34,474 nt of DNA from an uncultured Oscillospiraceae bacterium. GTDB lineage: Bacteria > Bacillota > Clostridia > Saccharofermentanales > UBA5734. Shown here piece by piece: positions 1 through 9,430 of this stretch. The stretch's first letter is position 1. Each line of letters begins with the position of its first letter. The stretch spans positions 1 to 34,474 of the forward strand of contig CAZSLR010000001.1 of assembly GCA_964607635.1 (NCBI GenBank), written 5' to 3'. A program made the translations under genes and the position numbers. The notes beneath the pieces were generated by a model. That model saw nothing but the letters and a program-made list of their open reading frames with translations, had not been told where the DNA came from and ran no database searches.

Positions 1-1304
1 TCATTCTTATACATCAGCCAGACCCCATCAACCATCAGTGATTCGACATAACTGCTGCTGCAGCTATATATCAGAGCGGCCTCCGGATCGCCAAGCGGCT
101 GCATAGATGGATGATCGATGTCGACGATTTGAAGATCCGCTTTCCACCCTGGCAGCAGACATCCCGTTTTATCGAAACCTAATCCTTGCATACCATTAAG
201 AGTTGCCATTCTGATCAATTGTCCTGCCGGTAATACGCTGGCATCACCGGTCAAGCCTTTTGCCAGGAAACCGGCAAGTCTCATTTCCTGATACAGATCA
301 AGATTATTATTACTTGCTGCTCCATCTGTGCCCAGGCTGACATTAATGCCTGCCCTCATCATGGCAGAAACATCCGCGAAGCCACTGCCAAGCTTAAAAT
401 TGCTGGCAGGATTATGAGCCACTGTGACTTTTCTAGCCGCAAGTAAGGCGCGATCATCATCGTCAAGATGAACACAGTGTGCAGCGATAACGGGACCATT
501 CAACAAACCAAACTCATCGAGCTGCTGAGGAGGTCTCCTGCCATATTTTACCAGACAATCCTCAACCTCCTTGATCGTCTCAGAAATATGAACCTGCACG
601 AACATATTATGCTCTTGCACGGCCTCGGCCAGCTCTTCATAGAGATATGGCTCATAGAGATAAATAGAATGAACAAGCAAGGATGTCCTTATAAGTCCAT
701 TTGTGCCGCTTTCCCATCGTTGCTTGAAACCGGCAATCTCACTGGCCGATACATGCGATCTGCCGTCACTACCCTCCAGCTTACCATCACAACAAACGTT
801 AAGTCTGAATCCGGCCTGACTTGCGGCTTCAGCAACTGAGTCACTGAAATAGTACATATCTGCGGCCGCACCTGTTCCATGTCGAATCATTTCAGCAAGA
901 CCTAACTCAGCACCACTGAACACATGTTCAGCAGTAAGATGCGCCTCCATCGGAAAAATTACATTAAATAACCAGTCATGAAGATTGTGATCATCTGTCC
1001 GGTTTCTCATGAGAGTCATTGGAATGTGACCGTGCGTATTAGCCATGGAAGGCCAGACAAGTTTGCTTTTGCCATTATATTTTTCATATTTCATATCGGC
1101 AAAAGCCGCTTCAGCCATAGACCTGTTTTGTCCGACATAAGTAATTAGGCCATCGATTACTGACACAAAAGCATCCTTCATAATCAAAAGTCCCTTAGCG
1201 GAATCGTAGAAGTCAATGTATTCAGGCTGCCTGCCTATCTCTTCAGATACTGCTGTTACCAGCATGATTTTTTCAAGAAGTACATTTGTTCGCTTCAGCG
1301 CCAT
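1..1304 (-). CDS. mtaD: 5-methylthioadenosine/S-adenosylhomocysteine deaminase (amidohydrolase superfamily); the C-terminus lies beyond the window edge
   Basis: Absent from the ORF track because it is open to the window edge. Translating by hand from the ATG at comp. 1302-1304 (SD GAGGTG 6 nt upstream) gives MALKRTNVLLEKIMLVTAV...MANTHGHIPMT...VQVHISET...AAHCVHL...AHNPASNFKLGSG...SLGTDGAASNN...VDGVWLMYKN. The HxH, HisET and TDGAASNN motifs are typical of MtaD/Tm0936-type deaminases. Confidence 0.85.
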   Translation of the reverse strand, partial: MALKRTNVLLEKIMLVTAVSEEIGRQPEYIDFYDSAKGLLIMKDAFVSVIDGLITYVGQNRSMAEAAFADMKYEKYNGKSKLVWPSMANTHGHIPMTLMRNRTDDHNLHDWLFNVIFPMEAHLTAEHVFSGAELGLAEMIRHGTGAAADMYYFSDSVAEAASQAGFRLNVCCDGKLEGSDGRSHVSASEIAGFKQRWESGTNGLIRTSLLVHSIYLYEPYLYEELAEAVQEHNMFVQVHISETIKEVEDCLVKYGRRPPQQLDEFGLLNGPVIAAHCVHLDDDDRALLAARKVTVAHNPASNFKLGSGFADVSAMMRAGINVSLGTDGAASNNNLDLYQEMRLAGFLAKGLTGDASVLPAGQLIRMATLNGMQGLGFDKTGCLLPGWKADLQIVDIDHPSMQPLGDPEAALIYSCSSSYVESLMVDGVWLMYKN

Positions 1305-1359
1305 ATATTTCACCTCAGTCAATTTCCAGCATAAACAACGAGCAAGCTACTATTGAACA

Positions 1360-2619
1360 TTATTCCATCTCACTTAAGTCCCAATTCTCAATATAGTATT
1401 GCTGGTCTGGTGTTAGATTATCCAATCCTCTGCCCTTATGAAGCAGAAGAGTCATCGCAACTGAATCATCAATTTCTGCTGGAATGTCATAGACTGCGGC
1501 TTCCATTTCTTTTCCATGCTGAGCAATATACTGCGCGGATCTTGCCTGCAGCGCGAAGCTCATATCCATTATTTCCGCAGGATGTCCGTCACCGGCCGCA
1601 AGATTGACCAGTCTGCCCTGTGCTAATACATTCAATACCCGCCCATCTTCGAGATAATAGGATTCAATGTTATTTCTTACTGTTCTTTTCTCCTTCGACA
1701 TGGCAGCAAGCTGGGGCAGATTAATCTCAACATCAAAATGACCGGCATTACACATAATCGCGCCATTTTTCATTTTACGGAAATGCTTGGCTGTAATAAC
1801 ATCCTTGCAGCCTGTTACAGTAATAAACAAATCTCCAAGCGGAGCTGCATCATCCATTTTCATGACATCATAGCCTTCCATCAAAGCCTCACAAGCCATT
1901 ACAGGATCTATCTCAGTAACAATAACTCTCGCACCAAGTCCGGCCGCTCTAAGTGCCACTCCCTTGCCACACATGCCGAACCCATTAACAACAATCGTCT
2001 TGCCGGCGACCAGCAAATTCGTTGTACTCATTATTGCAGCCCACACAGATTGACCTGTACCAAAACGATTATCAAACAGATGCTTGCATCTGGCGTCATT
2101 AACGGCTATCACAGGATATTTTAGCTGACCATTTTTTTCAAGAATCTTTAAGCGCTTAACACCTGTTGTTGTTTCCTCACAACCACCAATCAGGTCCTTG
2201 AGTCTGTGCTGCTCTGTTGTATGCAGCAGCTGCGCGAAATCGCCGCCGTCATCAATTACTATATGTGGATCAAACTGCAGCGCCTGCCTCAGATGTCTTA
2301 CATACGTTTCACTATCCGCTCCATGTATACAGTAGACCTCCATGCCCTCACTAGCGAGAGCAGCGGCAACGTCATCTTGTGTAGATAGAGGGTTACAGCC
2401 TGTTAGAGCGACTCTGGCACCGCCTATTCGCAGGACCTGGGCCAAGTATGCCGTTTTAGCTTCGACATGAACACTTACAGCGATGCGCAGACCTGCAAAA
2501 GGCTTGGAAACTGAGAATTCATCAGCTATTCTGCTTAAAACTGGCATATTAGCTGCCGCCCACTTGATCTTTTTATGACCTGATTCCGCAAGTGATATAT
2601 CCTTTATATCGTAATCCAT
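1360..2619 (-). CDS. ahcY: Adenosylhomocysteinase, short (about 420 aa) archaeal/Thermotoga-type form
   Basis: 419 aa with full-length SAH-hydrolase pattern: CNPLSTQDD, EETTTG, NAD-binding NGFGMCGKGVA, NAGHFDVEI. ATG start with SD AGGAGG 6 nt upstream. Confidence 0.9.
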   Translation of the reverse strand: MDYDIKDISLAESGHKKIKWAAANMPVLSRIADEFSVSKPFAGLRIAVSVHVEAKTAYLAQVLRIGGARVALTGCNPLSTQDDVAAALASEGMEVYCIHGADSETYVRHLRQALQFDPHIVIDDGGDFAQLLHTTEQHRLKDLIGGCEETTTGVKRLKILEKNGQLKYPVIAVNDARCKHLFDNRFGTGQSVWAAIMSTTNLLVAGKTIVVNGFGMCGKGVALRAAGLGARVIVTEIDPVMACEALMEGYDVMKMDDAAPLGDLFITVTGCKDVITAKHFRKMKNGAIMCNAGHFDVEINLPQLAAMSKEKRTVRNNIESYYLEDGRVLNVLAQGRLVNLAAGDGHPAEIMDMSFALQARSAQYIAQHGKEMEAAVYDIPAEIDDSVAMTLLLHKGRGLDNLTPDQQYYIENWDLSEME

Positions 2620-2645
2620 TTCAATCCTCCTGGTATTCTAATTAG

Positions 2646-3473
2646 CTAAACATGCTCCAAAAATGATGTGATCAAAGCAATAGTCGCGTCAGCCGCTTTT
2701 GCGCCTGTTTCCATAACCTCTTCATGACTCAATTTCTGACCGCTGATCCCTGCCGCCAGATTAGTTATACAGGAAACCGCCACAGTTCTCATGCCACCAT
2801 GAGCAGCTGTAATTGCTTCCGGGACGGTTGACATGCCGGCTGCAGACGCACCTACAAGCTTCAACAGACGAATTTCAGCAGGCGTTTCAAATTGTGGACC
2901 TCTGCACCATGAGTAGACGCCCTCATGAATATTAATACCCAGAGCAATAGCCTGCTTTTTCATAATTGTCTGATATTCCTGATCGTATACCGAGGTCTGA
3001 TCAATAAACCTGGAGCCGAACTCATCCAAATTCGGACCTCTAAGAGGCGATTCGGCCCATAAACTGATATGGTCCGTAATTAGCATCAGATCACCTGGCC
3101 GCATGCCATCAGCCATGCCGCCTGCTGCATTTGTCAGAAGCAGATTTTTAACACCCAGAGCCTGCATAGCTCTGATAGGTAGGACAGTCTCAGCTATATC
3201 ATAGCCTTCATAATAATGGAAGCGCCCTTGCATTACCGCAACGTTATGACCAGACCAACGTCCTATAATAAATCTGCCCGCGTGGCCTGGTACGGTCGAT
3301 TGTGGGAATCCAGGAAGATCTGAATAATTGATAATTACAGGGTCTTCAATACCATCTGCAAGCTGTCCAAGACCTGAGCCAAGCACAAGCAGCCAATCAA
3401 TACTGTCATTGAATCTAGTTCGAATTACATCTGCAGCTGCTTTGATATCCTGTCTGTATTTGTCAATATTCAT
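2646..3473 (-). CDS. punA: Purine nucleoside phosphorylase, trimeric PunA/MTAP family (inosine/guanosine type)
   Basis: Motifs LGSGLG, GRFHYYEGY, TNAAGG, GPQFETPAE, GMSTVPE. The track start at 3494 is a TTG. The internal ATG at 3473 (MNIDKYRQ...) has SD GAGGGA and gives the usual length of about 275 aa. Confidence 0.85.
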   Translation of the reverse strand: MNIDKYRQDIKAAADVIRTRFNDSIDWLLVLGSGLGQLADGIEDPVIINYSDLPGFPQSTVPGHAGRFIIGRWSGHNVAVMQGRFHYYEGYDIAETVLPIRAMQALGVKNLLLTNAAGGMADGMRPGDLMLITDHISLWAESPLRGPNLDEFGSRFIDQTSVYDQEYQTIMKKQAIALGINIHEGVYSWCRGPQFETPAEIRLLKLVGASAAGMSTVPEAITAAHGGMRTVAVSCITNLAAGISGQKLSHEEVMETGAKAADATIALITSFLEHV

Positions 3474-3503
3474 AACATTTCCCTCTCTTAACAAATCACA
3501 TTT

Positions 3504-6335
3504 CTACTCGTTCTTACCGTGGCAATTCTTATACTTCTTACCGCTGCCGCATGGACATGGTTCATTTCGGCCAACCTTAGCTTCTTCTCTGCGTTGTGGC
3601 TGCTGTGGGCCTGCTCCTGCCGGTCTGTTTATCTGTTGCCTGCCAGTATTGACAGATGGCAATACACTTGCTTGAGAATCAGCTTGGCCTGTATAGCCAC
3701 TTCCACCGTGACCCTCAGTAATATTCTTTGCAACCGACTTACGCTGCATTGCCTGTTCTGTATTGAATCTGGCCCTCATGATCAGGCGGACAGAATCCTC
3801 CCTGATTACCTGATTCATCGACTCAAACATCGAGAATCCTTCCTTCTTATATTCAATAACAGGATCATGTTGAGCATAGCCACGCATTCCGATACTATCT
3901 CTGAGATCATCCATAGCATCTATATGATCCATCCAATGGCTGTCAACAGTACGAAGAAGTATAACCCGCTCAGCTTCACGCATTAGATCGGCCGAACCAA
4001 GTTCTTGTGCTCTGCTCTCGAATTTTTCCAGAGCCTGTTCAGTCAGAAGCTCATTGAATTCCTCCGCATCAATTCCCTGGCGGGCCTTGCTTAGCCTGCC
4101 TAGACCGTCCAAGTCTCCGAAAATATCTCTAACCTTGGCATCAATTGCCACTGTATCCCATTCAGCTGAATTTGCCAGTCCGGCGCAAAAATCAAGAAGT
4201 GTTTCCTTCATAACCTCCTCAATCATTTTACGGAAGTTAACATGCAGGTCATCACCCTCAAGAACCTTTCTGCGCTGCGCGTAGATTATCTCGCGTTGCT
4301 TGTTCATGACATCATCATATTCGAGAACATGCTTGCGTATACTGAAGTTCCTGCCCTCAACTCGTTTCTGGGCTGATTCTATTGCATTTGAGAGCAAATT
4401 ATGTTGAATCTCAACGTCTTCATCTACACCAAGCGCCGCAAAAACCTTCGTCATGCGTTCGCCGCCAAACAATCTCATCAGGTCATCTTCAAGCGAAAGG
4501 TAGAAACGGCTTCGGCCAGGATCTCCTTGTCGGCCTGCACGACCACGCAGCTGATTGTCGATTCGCCTTGATTCGTGACGCTCAGTACCGATAATGTATA
4601 ATCCACCGGCTTCAACAACTCTGTCGCGCTCTTGTTGAGTTTTCTGTTTAAACTCTTCAAAAAGCTCACGATAGAGCTTGCGGGCATCCAGTATCAGCTG
4701 GTCATCGGTTTCGTTCAATGTAGTAGATGCCTCGATCAGCTCCTCCTGAATACCACGCTTACGCATTTCCTGTTTACTGAGATATTCCGGATTACCGCCG
4801 AGAAGAATGTCTGTACCTCGACCTGCCATATTTGTTGCAATGGTAACAGCTCCAAATCGACCTGCCTGTGCTACTATCTCGGCCTCTCTATCATGCTGCT
4901 TGGCGTTCAAAACATTGTGCGGAATGCCGTTCTTTCTAAACAATGCTGATATATATTCAGATCTCTCAACTGACACAGTACCAATTAACAGCGGCTGTCC
5001 ATGCTTATGTGCTTCTGCCACCTCACGCAGCAGAGCAGTATACTTGCCATTTTGTGTCTTGAAAACCGCGTCTGCCATATCTTCACGAATCATTGGACGA
5101 TTTGTTGGTATGCAGATAACATCAAGAGAATAGATCGCTCTGAACTCATTTTCCTCAGTAAGAGCTGTACCGGTCATACCGGAAAGCTTGCCATACATAC
5201 GAAAATAATTCTGAAAGGTTATCGTCGCGAGCGTCTTGTTCTCTCGTTCAACCTTAACATTTTCCTTAGCCTCGATAGCCTGGTGCAAGCCATTGCTGTA
5301 TCTACGCCCAAGCATCAGACGACCCGTGAAGTCATCTACTATTATTACCTCACCATCCTTGACGACATAATCAGAATCAAGATGCATGATGCCATAAGCC
5401 TTAAGAGCGTTGTTAATATGATGATTTATTTGGTAGTTTTCTTGATCGGAGAGGTTTTCAATTGAAAAATACTCTTCTGATTTTTTTACACCTCTTCTGG
5501 TTAAAACAGCTGTTTTTGCTTTCTCATCAACAATGTAGTCGGCATCCTCTGTCAGCTCATCCTGATCGATCTTATCATCAGTTTCAGTCATGACAAAAGG
5601 CTTAAATCTTCTGACCAGCTTGTCTGCACGCTCATACAGATCAGAAGACTCATCACCCATACCGGAAATTATAAGTGGGGTTCTGGCTTCGTCGATCAAA
5701 ATACTGTCGACCTCGTCTACTATAGCAAAATTCAACTCCCGTTGAACCATATTCTGCTTATAAGTAACCATGTTGTCTCTTAAGTAATCAAACCCAAATT
5801 CATTATTTGTACCATATGTTATATCAGCAGCATATGAGGTGCGTCGCTGTTCATTGCTTAAACCATGTACGATCAATCCGACAGACAAGCCCATATATTT
5901 ATAAACCTTGCCCATCCATTCACTATCTCTGGATGCAAGATAATCGTTAACTGTAACAACGTGTACACCCTTACCGCTAAGGGCATTCAAGTAAACCGGC
6001 AAGGTAGCAACCAGAGTTTTTCCCTCACCAGTTTTCATCTCTGCGATGCGGCCCTGATGCAAAACGATACCACCAAGCAGCTGAACGGGATAGTGATACA
6101 TACCCAGCACTCTGCCAGCAGCCTCACGTACAGCGGCAAAAGCCTCCGGCAGGATCTGATCCAGAGTTTCGCCTTCATTTAAACGATTTTTGAATTCTTG
6201 TGTACATGATTTAAGCGCATTCTCATCCATTGCCTTAAATCTAGGAGCAAGGTCCTCTATCTGCTTAACTAAAGGCATCAGTTTCTTGATTTCTCTTTCT
6301 GAATGTGTTCCGAATATCTTTTCAATTATATTCAT
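3504..6335 (-). CDS. secA: Preprotein translocase ATPase SecA
   Basis: 943 aa. Walker [38 protein letters not shown], and the C-terminal zinc-binding SEC-C motif [14 protein letters not shown]. Confidence 0.97.
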   Translation of the reverse strand: MNIIEKIFGTHSEREIKKLMPLVKQIEDLAPRFKAMDENALKSCTQEFKNRLNEGETLDQILPEAFAAVREAAGRVLGMYHYPVQLLGGIVLHQGRIAEMKTGEGKTLVATLPVYLNALSGKGVHVVTVNDYLASRDSEWMGKVYKYMGLSVGLIVHGLSNEQRRTSYAADITYGTNNEFGFDYLRDNMVTYKQNMVQRELNFAIVDEVDSILIDEARTPLIISGMGDESSDLYERADKLVRRFKPFVMTETDDKIDQDELTEDADYIVDEKAKTAVLTRRGVKKSEEYFSIENLSDQENYQINHHINNALKAYGIMHLDSDYVVKDGEVIIVDDFTGRLMLGRRYSNGLHQAIEAKENVKVERENKTLATITFQNYFRMYGKLSGMTGTALTEENEFRAIYSLDVICIPTNRPMIREDMADAVFKTQNGKYTALLREVAEAHKHGQPLLIGTVSVERSEYISALFRKNGIPHNVLNAKQHDREAEIVAQAGRFGAVTIATNMAGRGTDILLGGNPEYLSKQEMRKRGIQEELIEASTTLNETDDQLILDARKLYRELFEEFKQKTQQERDRVVEAGGLYIIGTERHESRRIDNQLRGRAGRQGDPGRSRFYLSLEDDLMRLFGGERMTKVFAALGVDEDVEIQHNLLSNAIESAQKRVEGRNFSIRKHVLEYDDVMNKQREIIYAQRRKVLEGDDLHVNFRKMIEEVMKETLLDFCAGLANSAEWDTVAIDAKVRDIFGDLDGLGRLSKARQGIDAEEFNELLTEQALEKFESRAQELGSADLMREAERVILLRTVDSHWMDHIDAMDDLRDSIGMRGYAQHDPVIEYKKEGFSMFESMNQVIREDSVRLIMRARFNTEQAMQRKSVAKNITEGHGGSGYTGQADSQASVLPSVNTGRQQINRPAGAGPQQPQRREEAKVGRNEPCPCGSGKKYKNCHGKNE

Positions 6336-6691
6336 TTATTTGATTCCTTTCCGGTCTTGTCATAATTATGTCTCTCTGAATTATGTCTGTCAGAATGAGT
6401 TTCCTCAATTCCAAGTTTATCCAATACGATTTTATAGCCATCTGCTCCATACTCAAGCGATCTGTTCACCCTGCTTATTGTGGCTGTGCTGACGCCGGTC
6501 AGCTCACAAATCTCTGTATAGGTTTTCCCACCCCTTAGCATGGCAGCAACCTGAAGCCGCTGCGCCAGAGATTTAATTTCAGCGATCGTACAAATATCTT
6601 CAAAAAACGCATAGCATTCGTCAAGGCTTCCTAAGCTCAAAATCCCTTGAAACAGCATATCAGTACTATCATCTCTTAGCTTCCCATTCAT
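6332..6691 (-). CDS. yerC: TrpR-like YerC/YecD family protein
   Basis: [82 protein letters not shown] closely tracks B. subtilis YerC. The track start at 6724 is a TTG. The ATG at 6691 has SD GAGGTG. Its stop overlaps the secA ATG (ATGA). Confidence 0.85.
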   Translation of the reverse strand: MNGKLRDDSTDMLFQGILSLGSLDECYAFFEDICTIAEIKSLAQRLQVAAMLRGGKTYTEICELTGVSTATISRVNRSLEYGADGYKIVLDKLGIEETHSDRHNSERHNYDKTGKESNK

Positions 6692-6783
6692 TCTATAAAT
6701 CACCTCGAAGCTGGCTGAATGCAACGAAACAGGCCATCTGCTGACGACCTGCCAAACACCTTAAAATGATAACTCATTAAAGC

Positions 6784-7809
6784 CTAAGATACAAGTTCAG
6801 CTTGCCAACGATCACTGCTTAGATAACGTATAGCTTCAAGTCTGATATTTCGCGAATTCGCCAACATTGTAATCTCTGGCAAAATCTCATTTTCAAAGCT
6901 TGCAGGGCTGTTTGTTGGAATAATAAGCATAAGCTTACGATCAATTATCATATCGATATCGATCGCCGGCATTTTTGACGAACCTTTATAACCAGCAAAA
7001 TCAGCAAGGCGATCAATTTCAGCAGCAACGGCTTTTACCACCTTATCCTGATCCTGATATGATGGCGCTGTTAGATCCATGCTTCTAATAGCGCATGCAG
7101 TCCCATTATTAAATGAAGCTATTACAGGATAGCTTAATGGTAGATCAGCTCCAAAATGTTCACGCAGAGCTATGCCCCGGCTGAAATTGTCGAGTGACCA
7201 GACATTAGGAGTTTTTTCGTCATCCGCCTCTACAAACCTGCTCTTACCGGTCCAAATCGGCACAACCGCTCTGGCAGTCCGCTTCATTTCGCCAAAAATT
7301 GTCTTGATCTCAAAATTCGCTTGTAGGATTAGGAAGTTTTCCTCATCATGCCACATCAACTCAACATACTTATTTTGTAATAAATGCAGGTACAGCTGTT
7401 GACCACTGGATGCATCCTGCAACCAGAAATCACAGCGTTGTTCAATTAGTTCTCCTAATAGAACTGATGACACCAGATCAGTAATACTTCCGTCAAAGAG
7501 ATATTTTAGGAACAGGCTATCCGCGAGCTGATTATCGATCTCATCAAGATCTGCAATAGCATCCTTTATCGGTTCGCAATCCTCTATGGCAAGATCAGCC
7601 ACAGGCAGAAGCAGACTGATTTCAGCAGCGGTGTTTTCAAGAGCCGCGCCAACAGCAGCCTCTAATTGCGATGAGATTATTGCCATCAACATGAAGCATA
7701 GCACAAGTAGTAAAAGGGAAATTGAAATAGCAGCCTCAAGAGCAATTGAGCCTTCCTTGGATTTTAATTCCGGACTGCGGTATTTCACTTCTTCAACTAG
7801 CTTCATCAT
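6784..7809 (-). CDS. TadE-like pseudopilin-type protein with an unassigned C-terminal domain of about 150 aa
   Basis: 341 aa. The N-terminus KSKEG|SIALEAAISISLLLLVLCFML fits the Tad prepilin-peptidase G/xxxxE pattern followed by a hydrophobic helix. The start overlaps the upstream gene by 17 nt. No canonical SD. Confidence 0.55.
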   Translation of the reverse strand: MMKLVEEVKYRSPELKSKEGSIALEAAISISLLLLVLCFMLMAIISSQLEAAVGAALENTAAEISLLLPVADLAIEDCEPIKDAIADLDEIDNQLADSLFLKYLFDGSITDLVSSVLLGELIEQRCDFWLQDASSGQQLYLHLLQNKYVELMWHDEENFLILQANFEIKTIFGEMKRTARAVVPIWTGKSRFVEADDEKTPNVWSLDNFSRGIALREHFGADLPLSYPVIASFNNGTACAIRSMDLTAPSYQDQDKVVKAVAAEIDRLADFAGYKGSSKMPAIDIDMIIDRKLMLIIPTNSPASFENEILPEITMLANSRNIRLEAIRYLSSDRWQAELVS

Positions 7810-9430
7810 GTTCGATTAACATATGTGAGTTATTCACTCTATATGATGATAAAAAGCTGCAGCTTCTCTGACCATAAGATATTTTAGTTTCCAAAGAGCT
7901 GGCATAATTGCCAGGCAAAGACCGCTGGATCGTGTTGGAAATATTAGTCAACAGCTTTTCATCTGGACTTATGAGCAAAAACAAACGCATATAATCATAA
8001 TAATTGAAGTAAATGTATGAACGCTTATCATATGTCCACAAAGCAACGGACTTACCGTCGATCAGCTGTTTTGTATCCTCGGCGGCTGATCTGACAGCAT
8101 CAGAAACAGCAATAAGCCACAAAGCGGTCTCCGGATCGATATTGACCGTGCCTGCGCTAGCGGCAGATATCAGTGCAGACATTATATTTGCCGCGGGTCG
8201 ATAGCTGTTCATTTTACTCTGATCAGACGCTATTTCAATTATTCTGATGATCGATCTTACCATCATCAAATTACCCTTCATCCTATCAGCGGCCTTCTGA
8301 GGAGAATCAAGACCTGTTATTATCATTTCAAGCTCGTTTTTTCTGAATTCTGCCGATCCAGATTCTGTCGATAATAATCTTCTAGCCAAACTGTCATGAG
8401 ATCTGCCATCAGGAGTAAGAATTTTATTTTTTGAGCCAGTCTCTCTGTCTATTGTTTCAGTGACCTGTGAAGGGAAAATGGCAAGACAATACTCTGCAAG
8501 AACTAAATTATTCGCTCTAACAGGAGCATTAAGCAGGCTATCCGCAAAACCAGACAGTTCAGTCAATTCAGTTGGGTCTAAATAATCTGGCAGATACCCC
8601 GAATCGTAAGCACCGTCTTCAACTCCAAAATCTGCCGGATTTACCGGAAGCCTGTCCTTAAGCATCTCATCGATAGTACTGCTGATTTTCTTAGCCGCGG
8701 CATCCTTGAGAGGTTCTGTAATCGGTGAGAATATCCAGTCCAGACAGTTGTTGACCGCAGACAATGCCAGATTGTAAGGTATGCATTTAAACATATACTC
8801 CTGCAGCTTCATTTGAAAATCCATGATATCATCCATATCGATGTCCTTCAATTTGTCAATTTCTGGCTTGAGAGGTGCTGTAAATACATTGCTGCCAGCT
8901 GTGCCTTTCAGTCTATCAACGCTTATATCTCTATGTGAGCTTCCTGATCTGGCAGTCACAATATCACTTTCTGTTGTTGGTATTGGTGCGTTTATATCCA
9001 TAAGCGCTTCAGCTATTTTTTCGATCCAGATAGCTGGAGCTCTTATTTTCATATAAGCTGCGATCTGTGATGACAACCATTCATTATCAAGTGCGTTATT
9101 TGCTGCGGATATAGAAATGACTGGTCTATATACCTGATCATCAAGCATTTCATCAGATGCAATGTCGGATATAAATCTGCTTTCTACAGCCCATATCCCA
9201 TAATCTTCAAGCAAATCTATATCATATGCGGCCAGGCAGCTCTCAGCTGCAGACCGTCCAGCTCTTATTATTGTCGCCTCATCTCTCCGAAGAATTGAAG
9301 CCTGAAGACAAATCAAAAGGATAGTCGAGGTCGAGCCAAGCAGGAAACAGAGAAATAAAGTTACCGCCCCGCGTTTTCTGCGCAGTAAATAGCTCTTTGA
9401 CTTTTTCAGATTTATTGACTGATCAATCAT
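7793..9430 (-). CDS. TadG/DUF5702-like putative pilus-assembly protein (large, single N-terminal TM)
   Basis: 545 aa. N-terminus RRKRGAVTLFLCFLLGSTSTILLICL, then ...AAYDIDLLEDYGIWAV. C-terminal NELEMIITGLDSP...RSIIRIIEI...YDYMRLFLLISPDE resembles, from memory, firmicute TadG-like/DUF5702 proteins. ATG with SD GAGGTG; overlaps the upstream gene by 8 nt. Confidence 0.5.
   Translation of the reverse strand: MIDQSINLKKSKSYLLRRKRGAVTLFLCFLLGSTSTILLICLQASILRRDEATIIRAGRSAAESCLAAYDIDLLEDYGIWAVESRFISDIASDEMLDDQVYRPVISISAANNALDNEWLSSQIAAYMKIRAPAIWIEKIAEALMDINAPIPTTESDIVTARSGSSHRDISVDRLKGTAGSNVFTAPLKPEIDKLKDIDMDDIMDFQMKLQEYMFKCIPYNLALSAVNNCLDWIFSPITEPLKDAAAKKISSTIDEMLKDRLPVNPADFGVEDGAYDSGYLPDYLDPTELTELSGFADSLLNAPVRANNLVLAEYCLAIFPSQVTETIDRETGSKNKILTPDGRSHDSLARRLLSTESGSAEFRKNELEMIITGLDSPQKAADRMKGNLMMVRSIIRIIEIASDQSKMNSYRPAANIMSALISAASAGTVNIDPETALWLIAVSDAVRSAAEDTKQLIDGKSVALWTYDKRSYIYFNYYDYMRLFLLISPDEKLLTNISNTIQRSLPGNYASSLETKISYGQRSCSFLSSYRVNNSHMLIEHDEAS

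Noticed and set aside
468-880. Track ORFs 468..839 (+) and 689..880 (-) in a region where the track shows no large gene.
   Set aside because: The whole region 1-1304 is occupied by the minus-strand mtaD reading frame. That frame is open to the window edge and was therefore not listed in the track. These two ORFs are antisense or out-of-frame shadows without an SD. mtaD is intact here, not a pseudogene.
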